DNA from: an uncultured Bacilli bacterium
Lineage (GTDB): Bacteria; Bacillota_I; Bacilli_A; RF39; UBA660
Length of the DNA: 64,000 nt
Reading direction: 5' to 3'
Assembly (NCBI GenBank): GCA_947629235.1
Contig: CANRCX010000003.1
Span: 9,069 to 73,068, forward strand
A program made the translations under genes and the position numbers. Under the pieces are notes generated by a model that was given only the letters and a program-made list of their open reading frames with translations, did no database searches and had not been told where the DNA came from. Positions 49,755-58,154 of the stretch are shown in pieces; within the stretch, counting starts at the first letter, position 1, and each line of letters begins with the position of its first letter.

Positions 49755-52700
49755 ATGATAAAAAAATTAACTTTAGAAGAATTTCAACAACTAAGAAATC
49801 AAATAGAAAATTTTATCAATCAGATATTAGAATATATTAATGTTCATAAAAATGATGATAATTTTGATTCAAATACATATCAGCAAGAAATGCTTGAGCA
49901 AATTTTTTCATTGCAAAATAATTTGTTAAGTTATGATTTAAGTGATATTCCATTTGAAGCATGGAAAGGTTTTTCTATATTTTCTGATAAAGATCATATA
50001 GTTGATTTTTCTAAAACTAAAGCAAATATTGATTTTGAATTAGTAAATTATACTCCAGATGCTGAAAACTTAAATTATAATTTTAAAGGTTGTAATATTA
50101 GAAATTTATATATATTAGCAGGTGAAAGATTAATTCCAGATAGATTTGATGAAGAAACAATAAAAAAGAATCCATCTTTATTTTTGACAGATATATTTAG
50201 TGAAGAAATTAAAGATAGATATTATAGTCATTCTTTAACTTTAGATGATTTAGTAACTTTATCAAATGAACAATTGAGTGAAATAAAACAAAAAAATTAT
50301 AATTCTAATCGTTGGAAAAAAGAAATAAATGACAAATTATTAGAAACATTTGGTCTTGATAAAATTATTGAATTAATTAAATATTCCAAAGAAGACTACC
50401 TTGCTATTAACGATATAATAGAATCTTTAAAACTAGGTGATTTTATTTTTTCTTATTGGGATTATGAATATGATCCTGTATTTTTAAAATTTTTAGAAAG
50501 TGTTAAAAATACAGAATTTTCAAAACTAAAAAATATTTTTTATGATTTTGCTAGAGATATTTTAACAGGGAAAATCCAAATAGATAACTTTTCTGGGACT
50601 CAAATTATTAATGAAAAAATTTTTCCAGAACAATTTGTTAAAGAAAATCCTGATTTATTTTTGATAAATATTAATGTACCTGACGAAGTTAAAAACAGAT
50701 TTTTTGAAAAAAAATTAACTTATCAAGATTATATTAATTATATGGAAGAATTTAAAAATGTTCCTGTAGATTATTTTACAGAGTTCAAGAATATTTTTAT
50801 ATTTGTAGTTAACAATAATTATGATATAGATGAATTTCATAATATATTACAAAGACATTCTGATTTATTTTTACACATATCTGAGAATCATGAATTTTCA
50901 GCATTTTTCCAATTTTTTAAACAAGGTGGGGATTTAAATAGTGTTTTTACTAATGCAGTTAAAGAATATTTTTATAAATATAGTATGCCAGATGATTTTA
51001 GAATTGTAGAAGCAGATGGTCAAGTTAAATTTAATGTTCCAGATTGGTTATCATCTATGAATTTTAAATTTGTAGATAAAATTAATACTTCAGAGGAATT
51101 ATTAAAATGTGATGGTTCAGTTTTTGTAATAGATGAAGATCAAAGAAGAGTTTTAGATACACTTAATATACAAAACATAAAAAGATTTGAACAAGAAACA
51201 GGATTTTTTACTCATAAAGTTTATGAATGGTCAAAAGATTTAGAAATGTTTAATCTATTTGGTCTTTATTTAAAATCTCACAACTTAAATTCATTAGGAA
51301 TAGATTTTAAAAATGGAAATTTAACATATGAAGATTTTTTAGATCAATTAGCTAAATGTTTAGATAACATGAGAAAAAATAATGTTTTTAGTGATTATCC
51401 AAATTATGATTGGATTCAGGGTGAATTTAGAAATGCTCATCCAGAAATATTTATAGATCCAAATGCACCAAAAGAATTGAAAGATGCATTTTATAAAAAT
51501 CGAATAACTCCAGATTTTTTATTTCAACAAGAAAAATATATTCCATATTTAGTTGATAAAAATTTATCTAATACTTTAAAAGTGGAAATTAAAATAATAT
51601 TACCTGGATTAGAAAATGAGTATTCTTTATTACCAAATTATTTAGATTTTATAGATGAATATGCTTCAAGATATGGAAATGAAAAGTTGTTAAAATTAAT
51701 AACTGAATATGGTGAAATGCTTTCTAATATTACTATATCTAGTATAAATAATGAAATAGAAGATGAGCAGGCTATAAAAAAGTCATTACGAAATTCTATT
51801 TATAAAAAAATAATAGCAGGAAAAATGAATTATTCTTATTTAAGTAATATTCCAGAAATGGTTGAAGAGTATCCTGATATATTTGTAAATTTTGATTCAT
51901 TAACAAATATTCCACAAGAAGAAAGAGTAAGATTAACTAATGCATTTTATAATAGAAAATTTCAATTTAATGATATAAAAAAATATCCAGAATTGGTATC
52001 TATTCTTAAAGATAAGAACTTGCTTATTGCTTTTGGGAGTAAAGATGGTGAACATAAAAATGGTAGAATAATAATACCATCAACATATTCTAGAGATGAA
52101 AAATATAGTGATTTAGAATTATTATCAGTATTTGGTAATGATAAATTTTTGCAATTATGTTCTAAATATGGTAGATATTTAGATGATATTACCCAATATT
52201 TAAATAAAGAAGTTACTATAAAAGATGGAAAATATATTGATTCTAGTAGTGGAAAATCAGAAGAATTAACAATTGATGAAATAGAAAATAGAATAATAAA
52301 TATAATAAAAAAAGAAAGTAAACGTGGTAATATTGATTATCTTCCAGATGATGCCCCTGATTTTTTAAAAGAAAGTCATCCTGAACTATTTTTAAGTGAT
52401 GATGCCCCAGAAGAATTAAAGAATTATTTTTATAATAAGCAGCATTTGACATTTGATGTATTACATGCTCATAAAGAATGGCTACCATATTTAAAAGGTA
52501 AATCAATAGTAACTCCGTTACTTAGAGCTAATATATTAAAAAAAGATTTAATTAAATTTATAGAAATATTTGGTGAAGAAAAAGCAATAAAACTTGGAAT
52601 TAATAGATCAGAAACAGTTATGGAGATGATAAAATCACATCAAGTTGATTTAATGAAAAAATGGTATGATAAAACAGGTGGTAAATTTATTCCTGATTTT

Positions 52701-54689
52701 GTTGTAATGCAAAATTTTAACATTGAAGAAGCAGATAAATTTTTAATATCTGGATCAAATTGGAGTAATTTGATGAAAATTCAAAGTTTTGCTGAAACTA
52801 GAGAGTCAAGAGATGCTATGTTAAAACTTGCATATTCTTTTGGTGCTTTTGATCAAGATAAAAGAGGATTTAAAAAATTACAAGATTTATTAACTGGTCT
52901 ACCAAGAACTATTAATGCAAGTTATTCCCATATTATAGAAAGTTTTCCATCATTAGAAAAGTTGCAGTCTGAAGATAATTTTACTGAATTATTTGGATAT
53001 GATAAATATATAAAATTAGGTGAAACATTAAGTAAAGAAGGATTTTCATTTGATTCAGGGAAAAACTTAATAAGTCAAATATATAGAAAAAATGCAGATG
53101 GTTCTTATTCTTTAACAATTAATCCTCAAAGTTATCCAAAATCCAGTCAGTTAATTAGAAGTATTATGGAGATGTATCCAGATTCTCCTATTTTAACACC
53201 AACTAAAGCACATAAATTCTTTGGTGGTTTTAAAATGGAGTATAATCCTGACTTTAGAGAGTTCTTTCTAAAAAATTATGATATTATCATTAATAATAGT
53301 GATTATTTGTCAAAAATTTCTGCTGTGCAACGTAGATTTAATGAAATTAAAACTGTGTATTCTAATGTTAATTTAACACTAGATTTAGCAGTCAGTTATA
53401 TTGACAGTAATAGATATGAAAAAGTTAATGTTGGAAACGAAAGAGTTGCTACAGCAGCAGCAGTACAAAATTATTCACAGCAAGAGTTTGAAACTCTTCA
53501 AACTATTTACAATTATGGTAAGCAGAGAACCTTTAGTAGTATTCCTAGAGTTGAGTCAAAAAGTGAAGTAAGTCTTCCAACAGGTAGTTATTACTATGAA
53601 ATGTTGAGACTTGATGATCCTAGAGCTATGTCAATAGGATTTGAAAGTGATTGTTGTCAACGCTTAAGTGAGCCAGCAGAACTTTGTATGGAACATAGTA
53701 TGGTTGATAAAAATGGTAGAGTATTTGTTATTACTAATAAGAAAGGTGAAATTGTAGCTCAAAGTTGGGTGTGGAGAAATAAAGATGTTTTATGCTTTGA
53801 TAACATTGAAATACCAGATCAAAAAATGTGGGATAATGGGGTTCCAAGAGGAAAGGAAGATTCAGGAATAAGAAATCAGTTTACTGATGATGTATTGTCT
53901 ATTTATAAGATGGTAGCTTCAGAATTGATTACTAAAGATGAAAAAATCTATAAGGAACTTTTAGAAAGTGGGAAAATAACCAAGGAACAATATGATGGAT
54001 TAAGACTAGGAAAAATTACAACAGGGCTTGGTTATAGCAACATAAAAGGTTCTTTAAGAACGTTACCTATTGATAACTCAGCTATATCAAGACCATTGCC
54101 TTTTTATGAACCTGTAAAATTGTCTAAAGGGCTTTATATAAACGATTCTACTACTCAATTTATTTTAGAAGAGAGAAAAGATAGAAAAAAAATAGATGGT
54201 GAAACACTTGCAGTACATAGTGATGATTATATAGAATATAATGATTCTAACTTTACAGAAAAATCTTTGCATTCTTTAGAAAAATTAGAAGCAATAACTA
54301 AAGATAATCCTAGATATTTAGATACTTCAATAGATGATGAACCTGAAAAGTTAGAACATATAGTATCTAATATAGCAAGAAATTATCAATTAAATCCTGA
54401 AACAACAAGAATAGTAATGAATCCAAATTTTGCTATTATATATGATGTTAACAATAATAAATTGAAAATAGGAGATTTATTATTTAATACTAAAGTAGAT
54501 AATGACACCCAACAATTAGATATAGAACATGCAGTTGTTATGCAAATTAAATTGGCTTTAGATCAAATTGCTAATGGTAAAGAAATTGATATTTCATCTT
54601 TAAGTGAAAAACAACAAGAAATGTATGAAAAAGCAATTTTATTAAAAGATGAAATAGATAAAGAAAGAGGTGTTGGACATGTTAGATGA
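49755..54689 (+). CDS. giant (1644 aa) uncharacterised cytoplasmic protein with divergent tandem repeat modules and a Cys/His-containing C-terminal domain
   Basis: Uninterrupted ORF. ATG 49755 is preceded by GGTGGTG Shine-Dalgarno; upstream codons of the ORF track start overlap the terminator and promoter. Recurrent motif hP(E/D)(L/I)F...(A/V)P(E/D)E(L/V)K..(F/Y)(F/Y) at 50166, 50643, 51432, 51867 and 52374. No signal peptide or TM segment. Confidence 0.7.
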   Translation: MIKKLTLEEFQQLRNQIENFINQILEYINVHKNDDNFDSNTYQQEMLEQIFSLQNNLLSYDLSDIPFEAWKGFSIFSDKDHIVDFSKTKANIDFELVNYTPDAENLNYNFKGCNIRNLYILAGERLIPDRFDEETIKKNPSLFLTDIFSEEIKDRYYSHSLTLDDLVTLSNEQLSEIKQKNYNSNRWKKEINDKLLETFGLDKIIELIKYSKEDYLAINDIIESLKLGDFIFSYWDYEYDPVFLKFLESVKNTEFSKLKNIFYDFARDILTGKIQIDNFSGTQIINEKIFPEQFVKENPDLFLININVPDEVKNRFFEKKLTYQDYINYMEEFKNVPVDYFTEFKNIFIFVVNNNYDIDEFHNILQRHSDLFLHISENHEFSAFFQFFKQGGDLNSVFTNAVKEYFYKYSMPDDFRIVEADGQVKFNVPDWLSSMNFKFVDKINTSEELLKCDGSVFVIDEDQRRVLDTLNIQNIKRFEQETGFFTHKVYEWSKDLEMFNLFGLYLKSHNLNSLGIDFKNGNLTYEDFLDQLAKCLDNMRKNNVFSDYPNYDWIQGEFRNAHPEIFIDPNAPKELKDAFYKNRITPDFLFQQEKYIPYLVDKNLSNTLKVEIKIILPGLENEYSLLPNYLDFIDEYASRYGNEKLLKLITEYGEMLSNITISSINNEIEDEQAIKKSLRNSIYKKIIAGKMNYSYLSNIPEMVEEYPDIFVNFDSLTNIPQEERVRLTNAFYNRKFQFNDIKKYPELVSILKDKNLLIAFGSKDGEHKNGRIIIPSTYSRDEKYSDLELLSVFGNDKFLQLCSKYGRYLDDITQYLNKEVTIKDGKYIDSSSGKSEELTIDEIENRIINIIKKESKRGNIDYLPDDAPDFLKESHPELFLSDDAPEELKNYFYNKQHLTFDVLHAHKEWLPYLKGKSIVTPLLRANILKKDLIKFIEIFGEEKAIKLGINRSETVMEMIKSHQVDLMKKWYDKTGGKFIPDFVVMQNFNIEEADKFLISGSNWSNLMKIQSFAETRESRDAMLKLAYSFGAFDQDKRGFKKLQDLLTGLPRTINASYSHIIESFPSLEKLQSEDNFTELFGYDKYIKLGETLSKEGFSFDSGKNLISQIYRKNADGSYSLTINPQSYPKSSQLIRSIMEMYPDSPILTPTKAHKFFGGFKMEYNPDFREFFLKNYDIIINNSDYLSKISAVQRRFNEIKTVYSNVNLTLDLAVSYIDSNRYEKVNVGNERVATAAAVQNYSQQEFETLQTIYNYGKQRTFSSIPRVESKSEVSLPTGSYYYEMLRLDDPRAMSIGFESDCCQRLSEPAELCMEHSMVDKNGRVFVITNKKGEIVAQSWVWRNKDVLCFDNIEIPDQKMWDNGVPRGKEDSGIRNQFTDDVLSIYKMVASELITKDEKIYKELLESGKITKEQYDGLRLGKITTGLGYSNIKGSLRTLPIDNSAISRPLPFYEPVKLSKGLYINDSTTQFILEERKDRKKIDGETLAVHSDDYIEYNDSNFTEKSLHSLEKLEAITKDNPRYLDTSIDDEPEKLEHIVSNIARNYQLNPETTRIVMNPNFAIIYDVNNNKLKIGDLLFNTKVDNDTQQLDIEHAVVMQIKLALDQIANGKEIDISSLSEKQQEMYEKAILLKDEIDKERGVGHVR

Positions 54690-55767
54690 TAATGATATTA
54701 GTAAAATAATTTCAAATGCTTTGCAAGTAAATAAAGAATTATTGAGTGAAAATATAACTGCAATAGTAGATCAAATTAAAACAACTTTAAAAAATAATAA
54801 AGAAACCATAAAACAAGCAAATGAAATTGATAAAAAAAATAATAATGGTTTTATATTAGATTTTAATGTTATTAATAATATATTTTCAAATTTAGAAAAA
54901 GAAAATTTATTTTATGGTGATGTTACACTTTCACAGAAAGATGAAGAAAGCAATATAATATATGGAACTCAAATAATGGATTATGGAAATGTAGTAATTA
55001 TAAATGATGGGAATCCATATATAATAATAGAAATGATAGTTAGAAATATAATGGCTGGAAATACAACAATATTTTCAAATGATGGTTTTATGCTTGGAAC
55101 AAATCAATTATTAATACAAATAGTTCAGAGTGTATTAGAACAATTTAATATATCTAAATATTTGATACAAATATATATATCAGAGAAATTTGATGAATTA
55201 TTATCAAATTATGCAAATATTGATTTAGTTGTTTGTATTGGAAATAATGATTTACAAAATCTTATTTTAAGAAAATCAAAAAATAGGACTATTATTAGTG
55301 GTTATGAAAATTTTGATTTATATATTGAAGATGATTCACATATAGAATTTTTAAATAAAATATTAAATACAGGATTAAATATTCAATTGTATGTGAATAA
55401 TAATATTGATTTAGATTATTCAAATACTATAATAGTAGATGATCTAGAAGAAGCAATTTCTCAGATAAATTATAATGGTAGTGGATATAGTTGTGCTATA
55501 TTTACAAGTTCAACAGAAAATGCATCTAAATTTATTAGAGAAGTAAAATCAAAAATAGTGACTGTTAATACTAGTCCTACTATTGAAAGAATAATTGATA
55601 TTAAACAAAATGATTTAATTAATGAAAAAACTATAATATATCCATTTAGTTTTAAATTAGATGGTAATACTATAGATATAAAAGAAAATGAAAAATTAGA
55701 TAAAAAAAATAATGTTACTAAATTTAAAGAATTAAATAATCAAGATAGCGAAGATATAAAAAATTAA
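54679..55767 (+). CDS. gamma-glutamyl-phosphate-reductase-like (ProA/ALDH-fold) protein, apparently lacking the catalytic Cys segment
   Basis: [31 protein letters not shown] vs ProA [46 protein letters not shown] vs [59 protein letters not shown] vs VDSLDEAIDHINTYGTGHSESIVT..AQRFLNEVDAAAVYVNAST. ATG 54679 follows an AAGAGG Shine-Dalgarno and overlaps the giant ORF by 11 nt. Confidence 0.45.
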   Translation: [362 protein letters not shown]

Positions 55768-55806
55768 TAAATTTGTTTAAAATAAATGAAAAAATAACGA
55801 TTTTAC

Positions 55807-55836
55807 TTGACTTAATGCCTAAAATTATGGTAGTAT
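55807..55836 (+). promoter_or_regulatory. tRNA-Ala promoter (TTGACT-18-TAGTAT with TGn extension)
   Basis: TTGACT 55807..55812, TGGTAGTAT ending at 55836. Confidence 0.4.
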
Positions 55837-55872
55837 TAATATGCTTGATTGTTATCAAGTGCCTACCTTAAT

Positions 55873-55949
55873 GGGGAATTAGCTCAGTTGGCTAGAGCAT
55901 CTGCCTTGCACGCAGGAGGTCGCGGGTTCAAGTCCCACATTCTCCACCA
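55873..55949 (+). tRNA. tRNA-Ala (anticodon UGC), CCA encoded
   Basis: Cloverleaf by hand: acceptor GGGGAAT/ATTCTCC with the G3-U70 Ala identity pair, D arm GCTC/GAGC, anticodon stem TCTGC/GCAGG with loop CTTGCAC, T arm GCGGG-TTCAAGT-CCCAC (one C-A mismatch), discriminator A, CCA. Confidence 0.9.
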
Positions 55950-55959
55950 ATTAGAAACT

Positions 55960-55990
55960 AAACCCGAAATCTTAAATTTCGGGTTTTATA
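55960..55990 (+). terminator. intrinsic terminator after tRNA-Ala
   Basis: AAACCCGAAAT cttaa ATTTCGGGTTT 11-bp stem followed by T and AT-rich sequence. Confidence 0.6.
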
Positions 55991-55997
55991 AATAAAC

Positions 55998-56191
55998 AAA
56001 GAGAAAGAAATAGTAGTGTGTCCTCTTGTTTCAGTGAGTTGCCGGTAAGTGCAAGGCAATAATAATGACATATGAATGAATCTTTTGAGTTTAAATGTAA
56101 TATCTGCATTAAAGATAAATGAGTGCATAGAAATTCTATGAAATAAGGTGGTACCGCGTATTCCACGTCCTTATATTTATAGAATTTTTTT
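55998..56191 (+). promoter_or_regulatory. T-box riboswitch leader of argS
   Basis: Stem I elements (AGAGA K-turn region 56000, AGTA S-turn 56012, AGTGA bulge 56032). Conserved T-box sequence AAATAAGGTGGTACCGCG at 56141..56158. Terminator TTCTATGAAATAAGG (56134..56148) / CCTTATATTTATAGAA (56169..56184) followed by T7. Confidence 0.85.
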
Positions 56192-56208
56192 CTTTTAAAG
56201 GAGAGAAT

Positions 56209-57870
56209 ATGAAAGAATATATTAGTTTAAAAATTAAAGAATTATTAAATGCAAAAGAAATTAAAGTAGAAATACCACCTAAAGATGATATGGGAGATTA
56301 TAGTGTACAATGTGCATCTTTAAGAAATGAAGAGCATAATAATCCAGTTGAAATAGCTAATTATATAAAAGAAAACTTTAATGATGATAAAAAATATTTT
56401 AATGAAATTAAAACAATTGGTCCTTATGTAAATTTCTATTTAGATTATAATGTATTTAATAAAAATATTATTAATGAAATAGAAAATTCTAAAAAATATG
56501 GATCATTAAATCAAGGAAATAATGAAGAATTATTAATAGAACATACATCAATTAATCCAAATGCTGAGCCACATATTGGAAGATGTAGAAATAGTTTAAT
56601 CGGTGACTTTATGAGTAATTTATATAAATTTACTGGATATAAAGTACAAAGACATTATTTTATAAATGATTTAGGTAAAAAAATAGCTTTATTAGTAATT
56701 GGTATAGAAAAATATGGACTTACAAATGCTGATTTTTCTTCAATATTAGATGTATATGTAAAAATAAGTGATGAAGCTAAGAATGATGAAAAAATTGAAG
56801 CACAAGCTTTTGATTATTTAGAACTTGTTGAAAATGGAAATAAAGAAATGATAGATAAATTCAAAAGTATTACAGATAAATGTGTAGAAGGTCAAATGAA
56901 AATATTTGATGAATTAAATATACATTTTGATGTATTTACTCATGAATCTGATTATGTTTATAATAAATATTTAAAAAATATATTAGATAAATTAAATGAA
57001 AAAGGTAAATTAAAGGAAGATGAGTTAGGTAGATATTATGTTGATTTAAGTGATTATAATATTCCAACTAAAGAACCAGTATTAGTACTTACTCGTTCTA
57101 ATAAAACATCATTATATCCAATTAAAGATATAGCTTATACTATGCATAAAATGGACTTAAATAGTAAAAACAATTTTATAGTTCTTGGAGAAGATCAAGA
57201 AGTTTATATGCAACAAATAAGTGCAGTATTAGATATTTTAGGATATAAAGCTCCAGAACTTATAAGTTATTCATATGTATTACTAGATGGAGATAAAATG
57301 AGTACATCAAATGGTACTGTAGTTTTAGTTACTGATTTTATGGCCGCTGTAAAAGAAACGTTACTTAAAGAATTTGAAAAGAGAAACACTAAGATTTCAG
57401 AAGATAAATTAAAAATATTATGTAATGCTTGTATTAAATTTACTATGTTAAATGTTTCTAAACAAAAAATAGTTAATTTTAATTTAGAAAATGCAACAAG
57501 TTTTAATGGTGAATCAGGTATTTATATTTTATATAGCTTAGCAAGAATAAATTCAATATTAAAAAATAATGATATAAAATTAACAGATGAAATTAAATTT
57601 AATTATGATATAGAAAATAAAATAATAAAGGAACTTTCTTATTTTAGAGAAGTTGTAAACGAGTTATTAACATCTCATGAATCTTCACATTTAACAAAAT
57701 ATATATTTAATTTAACTCAAGAGTTTTCAAGATTTTATGAACAAGTTAATATATCAAATGAAGAAGATCCAGTATTAAAATCATCTAGAATTAAATTATT
57801 AAGATGTATTAGTAAAGTTATTAATGAATCTCTTAGTATTTTAGGTATAGAAAGTGTAGATTATTTATAA
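56209..57870 (+). CDS. argS: arginine--tRNA ligase
   Basis: GDYSVQCA, IGPYVNFYL, EHTSINPNAEPHIGRCRNSLIGD...GYKVQRHYFINDLGKKI (class I HIGH region of ArgRS), DKMSTSNG, C-terminal anticodon-binding domain. Confidence 0.9.
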   Translation: MKEYISLKIKELLNAKEIKVEIPPKDDMGDYSVQCASLRNEEHNNPVEIANYIKENFNDDKKYFNEIKTIGPYVNFYLDYNVFNKNIINEIENSKKYGSLNQGNNEELLIEHTSINPNAEPHIGRCRNSLIGDFMSNLYKFTGYKVQRHYFINDLGKKIALLVIGIEKYGLTNADFSSILDVYVKISDEAKNDEKIEAQAFDYLELVENGNKEMIDKFKSITDKCVEGQMKIFDELNIHFDVFTHESDYVYNKYLKNILDKLNEKGKLKEDELGRYYVDLSDYNIPTKEPVLVLTRSNKTSLYPIKDIAYTMHKMDLNSKNNFIVLGEDQEVYMQQISAVLDILGYKAPELISYSYVLLDGDKMSTSNGTVVLVTDFMAAVKETLLKEFEKRNTKISEDKLKILCNACIKFTMLNVSKQKIVNFNLENATSFNGESGIYILYSLARINSILKNNDIKLTDEIKFNYDIENKIIKELSYFREVVNELLTSHESSHLTKYIFNLTQEFSRFYEQVNISNEEDPVLKSSRIKLLRCISKVINESLSILGIESVDYL

Positions 57871-58044
57871 TAGAAAAAAGTGTTGAATTTTAAAACTCAA
57901 TTAATTCTATGTTTAATATTTAGTATAGAAACGGACACGTTTGAATAGTTGTACGCGTGTATGGAAAAATTTTTAGAATTTTATTTACGGAATTAGGTGG
58001 TAATCAATTTTGTATAATTAAAAACTTTAATGTATACAATATAA

Positions 58045-58073
58045 TTGACAAGTATTAAATCTTATGTTAATAT
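58045..58073 (+). promoter_or_regulatory. orphan promoter (TTGACA-17-TAATAT) pointing at the 3' end of the DUF3800 gene
   Basis: TTGACA 58045..58050, 17-nt spacer, TAATAT 58068..58073. Confidence 0.55.
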
Positions 58074-58079
58074 TTAGTC

Positions 58080-58154
58080 ATGGAAGCACAATGCGGCTTC
58101 GGGGTACGTTGTATAGCGTACGGGAAATAGATGATTTATTCATCTTTTTCTTTT
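58080..58154 (+). ncRNA. candidate small RNA (about 75 nt), convergent with and overlapping the DUF3800 3' end
   Basis: Two GC-rich 5-bp hairpins with 8-nt loops (GAAGC/GCTTC 58083..58100; GTACG/CGTAC 58104..58121), then AGATGA tttat TCATCT (58129..58145) plus TTTTCTTTT. Lies downstream of the orphan promoter. Confidence 0.4.

Noticed and set aside
56077-56079. UGA at the T-box specifier as evidence for genetic code 4 (UGA = Trp)
   Set aside because: TGA is clearly used as a stop here: 2502..2504 with an ATGA overlap, cotE at 15509..15511, and the giant ORF at 54687..54689. All long ORFs read through under the standard code.
55972-56166. 64-aa minus-strand ORF
   Set aside because: It overlaps the tRNA terminator and the argS T-box leader. 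The conserved T-box elements on the plus strand explain the region.
57931-57975. GC-rich hairpin ACACG(T)/(A)CGTGT after argS as a separate ncRNA
   Set aside because: It is only a 5-6-bp stem with a 16-nt loop and has no promoter of its own. It is most simply a weak argS terminator, and it is mentioned under the DUF3800-associated sRNA finding.
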